Source: Kineococcus radiotolerans SRS30216 = ATCC BAA-149 (GTDB taxonomy: Bacteria; Actinomycetota; Actinomycetes; Actinomycetales; Kineococcaceae). From it: DNA of 32,000 bases. Where the stretch lies: assembly GCF_000017305.1 (NCBI RefSeq), contig NC_009664.2:4080001-4112000 (forward strand), read 5' to 3'. The translations under genes and the position numbers were made by a program. Below, one piece after another: positions 20,878-29,507 of the stretch; the stretch's first letter is position 1, and every line of letters starts with the position of its first letter. The notes beneath the pieces were generated by a model, which saw only the letters and a program-made list of their open reading frames with translations, did not search any database and was not told the origin of the DNA.

Positions 20878-21636
20878 ATGTCCACCCTGGAGATCCGCGA
20901 CCTGCACGTGACGGTCGACGAAGCCGACGGCTCCGTGAAGGAGATCCTGCGCGGGGTCGACCTCACGATCCGCTCCGGTGAGGTCCACGCCGTCATGGGC
21001 CCCAACGGTTCCGGCAAGTCGACGCTGGCCTACTCCATCGCCGGCCACCCCAAGTACACCGTCACCGGCGGCACCGTCACCCTCGACGGTGAGGACGTCC
21101 TGGCGATGAGCGTCGACGAGCGCGCCCGCGCGGGGATGTTCCTGGCCATGCAGTACCCCGTGGAGGTCCCCGGGGTCACGGTGTCGAACTTCCTGCGCAC
21201 CGCCAAGACCGCCATCGACGGCGAGGCGCCGAAGCTGCGCACCTGGGTCAAGGACGTCAAGCAGGCGATGGACGACCTGAAGATGGACTCCTCCTTCGCC
21301 GAGCGCAACGTCAACGAGCACTTCTCCGGCGGGGAGAAGAAGCGGCACGAGATCCTCCAGATGGAGCTGCTCAAGCCCAAGATCGCGATCCTCGACGAGA
21401 CCGACTCCGGCCTCGACGTCGACGCCCTCAAGATCGTTTCCGAGGGCGTCAACCGCTCGCTGTCGACGGCCAACCCCGGCGTCCTGCTCATCACCCACTA
21501 CACGCGGATCCTGCGCTACATCAAGCCGGACTTCGTGCACGTGTTCGTCAACGGCCGGGTGGCCGAGCAGGGTGGCCCCGAGCTGGCCGACGCCCTCGAG
21601 GAATCCGGTTACGACCGCTTCCTCGCCCCCGCCTGA
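20878..21636 (+). CDS. sufC: Fe-S cluster assembly ATPase SufC
   Basis: 252 aa with Walker A 'GPNGSGKST', 'FSGGEKKRHEILQ' and 'LDETDSGLD'. It starts immediately after the sufD stop. Confidence 0.97.
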   Translation: MSTLEIRDLHVTVDEADGSVKEILRGVDLTIRSGEVHAVMGPNGSGKSTLAYSIAGHPKYTVTGGTVTLDGEDVLAMSVDERARAGMFLAMQYPVEVPGVTVSNFLRTAKTAIDGEAPKLRTWVKDVKQAMDDLKMDSSFAERNVNEHFSGGEKKRHEILQMELLKPKIAILDETDSGLDVDALKIVSEGVNRSLSTANPGVLLITHYTRILRYIKPDFVHVFVNGRVAEQGGPELADALEESGYDRFLAPA

Positions 21637-21667
21637 CCCGAGACCCGACCGACTTGAGGAGGCACTG

Positions 21668-22021
21668 GTGAGCGAGACCGAGACCCCCGCCGCTCCCGCG
21701 AGCGGCCCGACGCCGGCGGCCCTCGCCGACGTCGAGGAGGCGCTGCGCGACGTCGTCGACCCCGAGCTCGGGATCAACGTCGTCGACCTGGGCCTCATCT
21801 ACGGGTTGACCGTCTCCGACGACAACGTCGCGACGATCGACATGACGCTGACCAGCGCGGCCTGCCCGCTGACCGACGTCATCGAGGACCAGACCGCTCA
21901 GGCCCTCACCGACGTGGTGGCCGACCACCGCATCAACTGGGTGTGGATGCCGCCGTGGGGCCCGGAGAAGATCACCGACGACGGCCGCGACCAGTTGCGG
22001 GCGCTCGGGTTCAACGTCTGA
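21668..22021 (+). CDS. sufT: DUF59/SufT-type Fe-S cluster assembly factor
   Basis: 117 aa from the GTG at 21668 (SD GAGGAGG). Contains 'VVDPELGINVVDLGLIYG' and the conserved Cys in 'TLTSAACPL'. Confidence 0.88.
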   Translation: MSETETPAAPASGPTPAALADVEEALRDVVDPELGINVVDLGLIYGLTVSDDNVATIDMTLTSAACPLTDVIEDQTAQALTDVVADHRINWVWMPPWGPEKITDDGRDQLRALGFNV

Positions 22022-22036
22022 GCCGCAGCTCCACCG

Positions 22037-22072
22037 CGCGACCCCCTGGACCAGCCGGTCCGGGGGGTCGCG
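22037..22072 (+). terminator. suf operon terminator hairpin (15-bp stem with one G-U, 6-nt loop, followed by TGCTT)
   Basis: CGCGACCCCCTGGAC (22037-22051) pairs with GTCCGGGGGGTCGCG (22058-22072). Confidence 0.6.
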
Positions 22073-22085
22073 TGCTTCCCGGGGC

Positions 22086-22114
22086 CGCCGGCGACCGGGC
22101 CCCCGTCGCCGGCG
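22086..22114 (-). terminator. Hairpin just downstream of the bioN/ecfT stop (10-bp stem)
   Basis: CGCCGGCGAC (22086-22095) pairs with GTCGCCGGCG (22105-22114), with a 9-nt loop. Confidence 0.5.
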
Positions 22115-22116
22115 GG

Positions 22117-22773
22117 TCAGTCCAGCCCCCGCGCGGCCAGGGCCTCCCCGAGGGCCTCGGCGTGGGCCACGGTGCGCACCACGGTGGGGACCAGCAGGGC
22201 CCGAGGGTCCCCGCCCAGACCCCGCGCCGCGGCCGCCTCCCGCGACTCCGCCAGCAGGCGCCCCACGACGGGGATGCTCGTCAGCGTCAGGGTCAGCCCC
22301 AGAGCGAGCCGGTCGGGGTCGATCCCGACCCGGCGCAGCGGCCGGGCGGCGACGACCACGGCCGCCAGGACCGCCGGGACGGGGGTGGTGGCGCTGACCA
22401 GCGTCGCCGCCCACAGGCACACGAGCAGCCCGGTCACGCTGCCGAGCGCGCGCACCGGCCCGGCGGTCCACACCTGGACCACCGCCAGGGCGAGGAGCAG
22501 CCACCCCGCCCGGCGCACCTGCGCGGCCAGCAGGCCGCGGCTGAGGCGGGCGAGGCGGGCCAGCAGCGCCACCAGCGCGGCCAGGGCGAGCAGCGCGACC
22601 GCCGCGGGGGCGTCGGCGACCCCCAGGCGCAGCACCCCCACGAGGGTGCCCAGCGCGGCCAGGGCCGCGAGCTTCGTCCCGGCCCGGGTCCGGTGCAGCC
22701 AGGAGGTCCCGGGCTCGGCGATGCCCAGCAGGGGTGGGGGCCCGCCCAGCCCGCGCCGCGCGCCCGGTCTCAC
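22117..22773 (-). CDS. bioN: ECF transporter transmembrane (T) component, BioN/EcfT (CbiQ family)
   Basis: 218 aa from the GTG at 22773, which overlaps the ATPase stop (GTGA). Polytopic, with two Ala-Arg-Gly coupling motifs ('AAAARGLGG' and 'LAARGLD'). Confidence 0.82.
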   Translation of the reverse strand: MRPGARRGLGGPPPLLGIAEPGTSWLHRTRAGTKLAALAALGTLVGVLRLGVADAPAAVALLALAALVALLARLARLSRGLLAAQVRRAGWLLLALAVVQVWTAGPVRALGSVTGLLVCLWAATLVSATTPVPAVLAAVVVAARPLRRVGIDPDRLALGLTLTLTSIPVVGRLLAESREAAAARGLGGDPRALLVPTVVRTVAHAEALGEALAARGLD

Positions 22774-23459
22774 GCCTGGGCCCGGTAGGCGGCGATGACG
22801 TCCCCGGGCGCGCCGTCGGCGTGGACCCGGCCTCCCTGGATCCACAGCACCCGGTCGGCGCGGGCGGCGAGGTCCAGGTCGTGGGTGGCGACGAGGACCT
22901 GACCCACCGGCGCGGGCGGGTCGCGCAGCACCGCGCCCACCCGGCGGGCCGTGCGCAGGTCCAGCAGGGTGGTGGGCTCGTCGCACAGCAGCACCCGCGG
23001 CCCGGTGGCCAGCACAGAGGTCAGCGCCAGGAGCTGACGCTGCCCGCTGGAGGCCTCCCGCACCGAGCGGTCGGCCAGCTCGCCGAGCCCGGCCTCGGCC
23101 AGCAGCTCCCGGGCCCGCTCGTCGTGCCGGCGGCGGGGCAGGTCGCTGCGGCGCAGCGACAGGGCCACGTCCTCCACGGCCGTGGGCATCACCAGCTGCG
23201 CGTCGGGGTCGGTGAAGACGAAGCCGACGTGGCGGCGCAGCTGCTTCAGCTGCCGCTCGGGGTCGAGGCCGTCGACGGTGACCCGGCCGGCGTCGGGCAG
23301 CACCAGGCCGTCCAGCAGCCGCAGCAGCGTGGACTTGCCCGAGCCGTTGGGCCCGATGAGCGCGGTGAGGGGGGCCGTCGCCGGGTCCAGCTCCAAGTCG
23401 AGGCGGTGCAGCACCGGGCGCGGGCCCGCGTGCACGCGCACCCCTTCGAGCCGGATCAC
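22770..23459 (-). CDS. bioM: ECF transporter ATPase, BioM/EcfA
   Basis: 229 aa with Walker A 'GPNGSGKST', signature-like 'SSGQRQ' and Walker B 'LLCDEPT'. A single ATPase sits between bioY and the T component, the classic BioYMN layout. Confidence 0.88.
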   Translation of the reverse strand: MIRLEGVRVHAGPRPVLHRLDLELDPATAPLTALIGPNGSGKSTLLRLLDGLVLPDAGRVTVDGLDPERQLKQLRRHVGFVFTDPDAQLVMPTAVEDVALSLRRSDLPRRRHDERARELLAEAGLGELADRSVREASSGQRQLLALTSVLATGPRVLLCDEPTTLLDLRTARRVGAVLRDPPAPVGQVLVATHDLDLAARADRVLWIQGGRVHADGAPGDVIAAYRAQA

Positions 23460-23472
23460 GGACGGGCGGGTC

Positions 23473-24081
23473 TCAGCGGGCGGTCAGGCGCGGGAACGCG
23501 CGGTGCACCGGGGCCGCGACGAGCACGGCGAGGACGACCTTGACCAGGTCGCCGGGCAGGTAACCCAGGCAGAGCTTCGCCGCGGTGGCCAGGTCCAGGT
23601 CCCCGCCCCAGGCCATGCCCGGCACGCCGAAGGCGTAGACGACGCCGATCCCGCCGAGCAGCGTCCCCGCGACCAGCCCCGCCACGCCCCGGCCGCGGCG
23701 GACCCCGGCGCGCGCGAGGAACCCGACGACGAGGGCCGCGAACGGGTAGGACAGCAGGAAGCCCGCGCTGGGTCCGGCCAGGACCCCCAGCCCGGCGGCC
23801 CCGCCGGCGAAGACGGGGACCCCCGCCAGGCCCACGAGGAGGTACAGGGCGGCGGCCGCGGCCCCGCGCCAGGGACCGAGCACCGCGCCGCAGAGCATGA
23901 TCCCCAGCGTCTGCAGGGTGATGGGGATGGCCAGCAGCCCGATCGGGATCCCCGGGGTGAGGGCCAGGGCGCAGACCAGGGCGGCGAAGACGGCGACCAG
24001 GGCGAGGTCGCCGGAGCGCTCGACGGGGCGGCGCAGGCCGGCGGCCGGCGGCGTCGGGCGGCGGCGGGTGGACGGGGTCAC
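23473..24081 (-). CDS. bioY: Biotin transporter substrate-specific (S) component BioY
   Basis: 202 aa from the GTG at 24081. Six-helix protein with 'PITLQTLGIMLCGAVLGP' and 'GPSAGFLLSYPFAA', typical of BioY. The 347-aa track ORF is an upstream extension. Confidence 0.88.
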   Translation of the reverse strand: MTPSTRRRPTPPAAGLRRPVERSGDLALVAVFAALVCALALTPGIPIGLLAIPITLQTLGIMLCGAVLGPWRGAAAAALYLLVGLAGVPVFAGGAAGLGVLAGPSAGFLLSYPFAALVVGFLARAGVRRGRGVAGLVAGTLLGGIGVVYAFGVPGMAWGGDLDLATAAKLCLGYLPGDLVKVVLAVLVAAPVHRAFPRLTAR

Positions 24082-24088
24082 CCGCGAG

Positions 24089-24094
24089 AACCTA
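24089..24094 (-). promoter_or_regulatory. -10 hexamer TAGGTT 7 nt upstream of the bioY GTG (candidate leaderless promoter)
   Basis: The minus strand reads TAGGTT-CTCGCGG-GTG, with no SD. Confidence 0.4.
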
Positions 24095-24122
24095 GCGGAC
24101 GGGGTCGCGGTACCGGGGGCCG

Positions 24123-24128
24123 TAGAAT
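24123..24128 (+). promoter_or_regulatory. Candidate -10 hexamer TAGAAT for the ABC-F gene (leader of about 35 nt)
   Basis: Near-consensus -10 in a GC-rich 88-bp divergent spacer. I recognise no clear -35. Confidence 0.4.
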
Positions 24129-24169
24129 CAGCACGACCCCCGCCCGTCCGACCCTTGAGAGCTGCCCCC

Positions 24170-25768
24170 GTGATCGTCGCGTCCGACCTCGAACTGCGTG
24201 CGGGAGCCCGCCTGCTCATGGAGGGCGTGAACTTCCGCGTCGCCGCCGGGGACCGCATCGGGCTGGTGGGCCGCAACGGCGCCGGGAAGACCACCCTGAC
24301 CAAGGTCCTCGCCGGGGAGGGGCAGCCCGCCTCGGGCACCGTGACCCGCTCGGGCGAGATCGGGTACCTGCCCCAGGACCCCCGGGCCGGGGACCCGGAG
24401 ATGCTGTCCCGCGACCGGATCCTCGCCGCCCGCGGCCTGGACGAGATCATCGCCAAGCTGCGCAAGGCCGAGGTCGACATGGCCAGCGAGGACGAGAAGG
24501 TCCGCGACCGCGCCATGGACCGCTACACCAAGCTCGACGCGCGCTTCGTCGCGCTCGGCGGCTACACCGCCGAGAGCGAGGCCGCCCGGATCTGCGCCAA
24601 CCTCAACCTGCCCGACCGCATCCTCGACCAGCAGCTCAAGACGCTCTCGGGTGGTCAGCGCCGCCGCGTGGAGCTGGCCCGCATCCTGTTCTCGGCCAGC
24701 GAGACCCTGCTGCTGGACGAGCCGACCAACCACCTCGACGCCGACTCCATCAGCTGGCTGCGCGAGCACCTGAAGAACTACGCCGGCGGGCTCATCGTCA
24801 TCAGCCACGACGTGGAGCTGCTCGAGGTCGTCGTCAACCGCGTCTTCCACCTCGACGCGAACCGGGCGACCATCGACCTCTACAACGTCGGCTGGAAGAA
24901 CTACCTCAAGCAGCGCGAGACCGACGAGAAGCGCCGGGTGCGCGAGCGCTCCAACGCCGAGAAGAAGGCCGGCACGCTGCTGGCCCAGGCCGCCAAGATG
25001 GGCGCCAAGGCCACCAAGGCCGTCGCCGCGCAGAACATGGCCAAGCGCGCCGAGCGGCTCCTGGGCGAGCTGGAGGACGTCCGCGTCCAGGACAAGGTCG
25101 CCAAGCTGCGCTTCCCCAAGCCCGCGCCCTGCGGCAAGACCCCGCTGATTGCGCGGGGGCTGTCGAAGTCCTACGGCTCGCTGGAGATCTTCACCTCCGT
25201 CGACCTCGCCATCGACCGCGGCAGCCGCGTGGTCATCCTCGGTCTCAACGGGGCGGGCAAGACGACCCTGCTGCGGATGCTGGGCGGGGTCGAGCAGCCC
25301 GACACCGGCGAGATCATCGGCGGGCACGGCGTCAAGATCGGCTACTACGCCCAGGAGCACGAGACCCTCGACCACGACCGCTCGGTCCTGGAGAACATGC
25401 GCTCGGCCTCCCCGGACCTCGACGACACCCGCGTGCGCACGGTGCTGGGCTCCTTCCTCTTCTCCGGCGACGACGTCGACAAGCCCGCCGGGGTCCTCTC
25501 CGGGGGGGAGAAGACCCGGCTGGCGCTGGCGACGCTGGTCGTCTCCAGCGCCAACGTGCTGCTCCTGGACGAGCCGACGAACAACCTCGACCCGGCCTCG
25601 CGCGCGGAGATCCTGGACGCCCTGAAGCACTACGAGGGCGCGGTCGTGCTGGTCACCCACGACGAGGGGGCCGTCGAGGCGCTCGGGCCCGAGCGGGTCG
25701 TCCTGCTGCCCGACGGGGTCGAGGACCTCTGGAACGCCGGCTACCAGGAGCTCGTCTCCCTCGCCTGA
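24170..25768 (+). CDS. ABC-F family ATPase (two ABC domains, no TMD; translation-factor/ribosome-associated type)
   Basis: 532 aa from the GTG at 24170. Two Walker A sites ('GRNGAGKTT' and 'GLNGAGKTT') and two signatures ('LSGGQRRR' and 'LSGGEKTR'). A charged inter-domain linker 'KQRETDEKRRVRERSNAEKKAG' is present. Confidence 0.92.
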   Translation: MIVASDLELRAGARLLMEGVNFRVAAGDRIGLVGRNGAGKTTLTKVLAGEGQPASGTVTRSGEIGYLPQDPRAGDPEMLSRDRILAARGLDEIIAKLRKAEVDMASEDEKVRDRAMDRYTKLDARFVALGGYTAESEAARICANLNLPDRILDQQLKTLSGGQRRRVELARILFSASETLLLDEPTNHLDADSISWLREHLKNYAGGLIVISHDVELLEVVVNRVFHLDANRATIDLYNVGWKNYLKQRETDEKRRVRERSNAEKKAGTLLAQAAKMGAKATKAVAAQNMAKRAERLLGELEDVRVQDKVAKLRFPKPAPCGKTPLIARGLSKSYGSLEIFTSVDLAIDRGSRVVILGLNGAGKTTLLRMLGGVEQPDTGEIIGGHGVKIGYYAQEHETLDHDRSVLENMRSASPDLDDTRVRTVLGSFLFSGDDVDKPAGVLSGGEKTRLALATLVVSSANVLLLDEPTNNLDPASRAEILDALKHYEGAVVLVTHDEGAVEALGPERVVLLPDGVEDLWNAGYQELVSLA

Positions 25769-25775
25769 CCGGACG

Positions 25776-25822
25776 CCGACCCCTCGTCCCCGCCCCGCGC
25801 GGGGCCCGGACGGGAGGGTCGG
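25776..25822 (+). terminator. Imperfect long hairpin after the ABC-F gene
   Basis: The outer stem is CCGACCC/GGGTCGG, the middle stem CGTCC/GGACG, and the apical stem-loop CCCC-GCGC-GGGG. Confidence 0.4.
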
Positions 25823-25958
25823 CGCGCGTGCTCCCCGCCCGGCACCGGGTCCCGGGGACCGTGGACGGGCGACGATCTCCCCGTTCGACTGGCCACAACG
25901 GCCCCGGGTGGTGACCATGGTGGGGTCTGAGGTCGACGACGACGTGGAGGAGGTCGGG

Positions 25959-26177
25959 GTGACCGAGACCATCAAGCGGGGAACCCGGTTGAGCGGTGCG
26001 GAGCGTGAACAGCTCGCCGACGAGCTGTCGAAGGGCTACGCGGAGGGCAAGAGCATCCGGGCACTGGCCGAGGAGACAGGACGTTCCTACGGCTTCGTGC
26101 ACCGCCTGCTCAGCGAGAACGACGTGACCCTGCGCAGTCGTGGCGGGGCCACGCGGGGCAAGGCCCGGCAGGGCTGA
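25959..26177 (+). CDS. Small helix-turn-helix domain protein (conserved actinobacterial ~70-aa family)
   Basis: 72 aa from the GTG at 25959, with SD GGAGGAGG 6 nt upstream. The HTH is 'SIRALAEETGRSYGFVHRLL', followed by the basic tail 'RSRGGATRGKARQG'. Confidence 0.75.
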   Translation: MTETIKRGTRLSGAEREQLADELSKGYAEGKSIRALAEETGRSYGFVHRLLSENDVTLRSRGGATRGKARQG

Positions 26178-26192
26178 GGGTCCGCGGCCGGG

Positions 26193-26225
26193 GGCACCGA
26201 CCGCTCACAGCGAGCGGTCGGTGCC
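26193..26225. terminator. Bidirectional hairpin between the convergent HTH gene and SDR gene (14-bp perfect stem), overlapping the SDR stop codon
   Basis: GGCACCGACCGCTC (26193-26206) pairs with GAGCGGTCGGTGCC (26212-26225), loop ACAGC. Confidence 0.55.
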
Positions 26226-26957
26226 TCCGTCCACGGTCAGCGAGGCGCCAGTGACGTAGGACGCCGCGGGGGAGAGCAGGAACACCGCCGCGCGGGCGAA
26301 CTCGTCGGGCAGTCCCGCCCGGCGCAGCGGGATGTCCTCCAGCACGTCGGGGGCCAGGTCGTCGGTGTCCTCGAACTCCAGCGGGGAACTGGCGTCGACG
26401 TGGCCGGCGAGCAGGTTGTTGATCCGCACCCCCCGGGGCCCCAGCTCGTCGGCCAGCGCCTTGGCCGCCATCGCCAGGCCGGGGCGCAGCCCGTTGGCGA
26501 CGCCGGCGTCCATCACGGGGCTGCGCACGGTGCTGGAGAGCAGCAGGACCAGCGAGGCCCCCTCCCCGGTGGCCGCCTTGCCGACCGAGCGGGCCAGGCG
26601 CAGCGGGCCGAGGAGGCTGGACTCGAAGGCCTCGCGCCAGGTGCCGTCGTCGGCCTCCAGGACCGTGGAGGAGGGCGGGGTCCCGCAGGAGACGACCGCG
26701 CCGTCGAGGCGGCCGAAGCGGGCGTGGGCGGCGGCCACCAGGCGGGTCTCGGTGCCGGGGGCGGAGATGTCCCCAGGCACGGGCAGCAGGCGGCTGCGGT
26801 CACCGATGCTCGGCATCACCGCGGCGAGCTCGTCCTCGTCCCCGGCGTGCAGAACCAGGAGCGCGCCCTCGTCGGCGAGCACCCTCGCGCACGCCAGCCC
26901 CAGGCCCGTGGAGGCCCCGGAGACGATGTACACGCGGTCACTCAGGCCCAGGTCCAT
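26205..26957 (-). CDS. SDR-family protein (atypical: no YxxxK catalytic pair visible)
   Basis: 250 aa from the ATG at 26957. Has the Rossmann motif 'VSGASTGLGLA' and the C-terminal 'ASYVTGASLTVDGG'. The protein has only two Tyr and two Lys, none at the catalytic positions. The upstream ORF extension uses rare codons (TGT, TCA, ACT, AAT). Confidence 0.8.
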   Translation of the reverse strand: MDLGLSDRVYIVSGASTGLGLACARVLADEGALLVLHAGDEDELAAVMPSIGDRSRLLPVPGDISAPGTETRLVAAAHARFGRLDGAVVSCGTPPSSTVLEADDGTWREAFESSLLGPLRLARSVGKAATGEGASLVLLLSSTVRSPVMDAGVANGLRPGLAMAAKALADELGPRGVRINNLLAGHVDASSPLEFEDTDDLAPDVLEDIPLRRAGLPDEFARAAVFLLSPAASYVTGASLTVDGGTDRSL

Positions 26958-26963
26958 GCGCTC

Positions 26964-26969
26964 ATTGTT
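26964..26969 (-). promoter_or_regulatory. Weak -10-like AACAAT 6 nt upstream of the SDR ATG
   Basis: The minus strand reads AACAAT-GAGCGC-ATG. It matches only the A2/T6 positions of TANNNT. Confidence 0.25.
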
Positions 26970-27053
26970 GCGCAGAGTGGCCGCTGAGACACACAGCATG
27001 ATCGCAGCGACCCGAACGGGCTCACCGCGGCGCCGTCCGATCCCGTCCCGCCC

Positions 27054-28013
27054 TCAGGATCGGTGGTCCACCGCGTCCATCTCCGCGTCCTCGGCCGCCT
27101 CGTCGACCCCCGACCGGGCCGCTCGCCGCGACCGGCCCCGAGCGGGCCGCACCGCCGAGGGCGGGTGCGGGACGGGCCCAGGCGTCACCGCCAGCTCCGG
27201 TCCGGGCGACCCCGCGGGGGTCGCGTCCCCGGCGGGGTCCCCGGCGTGGTCGCCGGCCTCCTCCTGGCGACGCGCCTCCAGCTCGCGCCGCCCCGCCACC
27301 ACCCACACCACCAGCGCCGTCAGCGCGAACCCGAACCACTGCACGGTGTAGGCCAGGTGCGGGCCCTCGTCCACCGCCGGCTCCACCGCCAGCGCGGGCG
27401 CGCTCGCCGGGGAGGGGTCCTCCGCGGCCAGCACGGCGTAGCCGTCGCGCAGCTCCGGCGCCGGCCCGGGGGAGGACGCCGCCACCGCCGCCGTCACCGC
27501 GTCGCGGGCGATCGAGGCGACCTGCCCCTCCGGGGCGGTGCCCCGCCGGTCGGCCTCCCACCGGCGCAGGCGCGCGGTCACGGTGACCTGACCCTCCGGC
27601 GCGGCTGGCACCGCGTCGGGCCGTTCGCTGCTGCCGCCGGCCGGGACCCAGCCGCGGTCGACCAGCAGCGCGGTGCCGTCGGCGAGCACGAGGGGGACCA
27701 GCACGTCGTAACCGGCGGTCTCGTCGCGGGGGCGGTTGCGGACCAGGACCGTCGCGTCGTCGTCGTAGGTGCCCTCGACGCGCACCGGCGTCCACACCCG
27801 GTCCTCGTCCAGCTCGGCGCCGCGGGGCAGCACCTCGGTCAGGTCCACGGCGTCGGCGTGGTAGTTCTGCGTCAGCGGGGCGTTGGCGGCCAGCCGCTCC
27901 TGGCGGCGGTGCCACTGCCACCGGCCCAGCACGCAGCACACCAGGGCCACGAGCAGGGCGAGGGTCAGCCCGCGGACCCACCGCGGCTCCCGCAGCAGGC
28001 GGAGGACGTTCAC
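27054..28013 (-). CDS. SURF1-family cytochrome oxidase biogenesis protein
   Basis: 319 aa from the GTG at 28013. It has an N-terminal TM helix followed by 'GRWQWHRRQERL', a central 'VDRGWVP', and a C-terminal 'HLAYTVQWFGFALTALVVW'. All are SURF1/Shy1 hallmarks. It ends in an Ala/Pro/Asp/Arg-rich tail of about 76 aa. Confidence 0.85.
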   Translation of the reverse strand: MNVLRLLREPRWVRGLTLALLVALVCCVLGRWQWHRRQERLAANAPLTQNYHADAVDLTEVLPRGAELDEDRVWTPVRVEGTYDDDATVLVRNRPRDETAGYDVLVPLVLADGTALLVDRGWVPAGGSSERPDAVPAAPEGQVTVTARLRRWEADRRGTAPEGQVASIARDAVTAAVAASSPGPAPELRDGYAVLAAEDPSPASAPALAVEPAVDEGPHLAYTVQWFGFALTALVVWVVAGRRELEARRQEEAGDHAGDPAGDATPAGSPGPELAVTPGPVPHPPSAVRPARGRSRRAARSGVDEAAEDAEMDAVDHRS

Positions 28014-28288
28014 GCGCGCGACCGGCCCACCTCGACGACCTCGCGCAGGAAGCCCCGGGTCGCCAGGAACTGCGAGAGGTGCTCGCGGTGCCCGGCGCAC
28101 GCGAGCCACGTCTTGCGGCGCTCCGGGGTGTGCAGGCTCGGGTTGTTCCACTGCAGGCCGAAGTCGGCGGCGCCGGTGCAGCCGCGGGCGCTGCAGACGA
28201 GGTCGGAGGGGGGCTCGTGCAGCGACGGCGACGGCGGGGGAGCGGGGTCGGTGCTGCGGGGCGGCGTACCGGACTCACCAGGTTCCAC
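28010..28288 (-). CDS. Small Cys/His-containing hypothetical protein (CX4C-X27-CX2HX2H), translationally coupled to SURF1
   Basis: 92 aa from the GTG at 28288. Third-position GC is close to 100% across 'VCSARGCTGAADFGLQWNNPSLHTPERRKTWLACAGHREHLSQFLATRGFLREVVEV'. Its stop overlaps the SURF1 GTG (GTGA). The start is uncertain and I recognise no family. Confidence 0.55.
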   Translation of the reverse strand: MEPGESGTPPRSTDPAPPPSPSLHEPPSDLVCSARGCTGAADFGLQWNNPSLHTPERRKTWLACAGHREHLSQFLATRGFLREVVEVGRSRA

Positions 28289-28294
28289 CCGCGC

Positions 28295-28300
28295 AGTCTC
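28295..28300 (-). promoter_or_regulatory. Weak -10-like GAGACT (preceded by TGC) 6 nt upstream of GTG 28288
   Basis: The minus strand reads TGC-GAGACT-GCGCGG-GTG. Confidence 0.25.
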
Positions 28301-28359
28301 GCACCGCGCGAGCGGGGGACCAACCCGCGGTGGACCCGCCGCCCGGACCGCGGGCGGGG

Positions 28360-29506
<1,147 letters not shown>

Positions 29507-29507
29507 G

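Noticed and set aside
17750-21798. 568-aa and 767-aa minus-strand ORFs antisense to sufB/sufD/sufC
   Set aside because: Shadow ORFs. The plus-strand Suf proteins are unmistakable.
24082-24169. Looked for a BirA/BioQ-type biotin operator palindrome upstream of bioY
   Set aside because: I found no convincing inverted repeat (for example of the TGAAC-N3-GTTCA type) in the 88-bp spacer. Only -10-like hexamers are present.
23182-25975. 910-aa plus-strand and 615-aa minus-strand ORFs across bioY / ABC-F
   Set aside because: Mixed-frame shadow ORFs. The BioY, BioM and ABC-F frames carry Walker, signature and BioY motifs.
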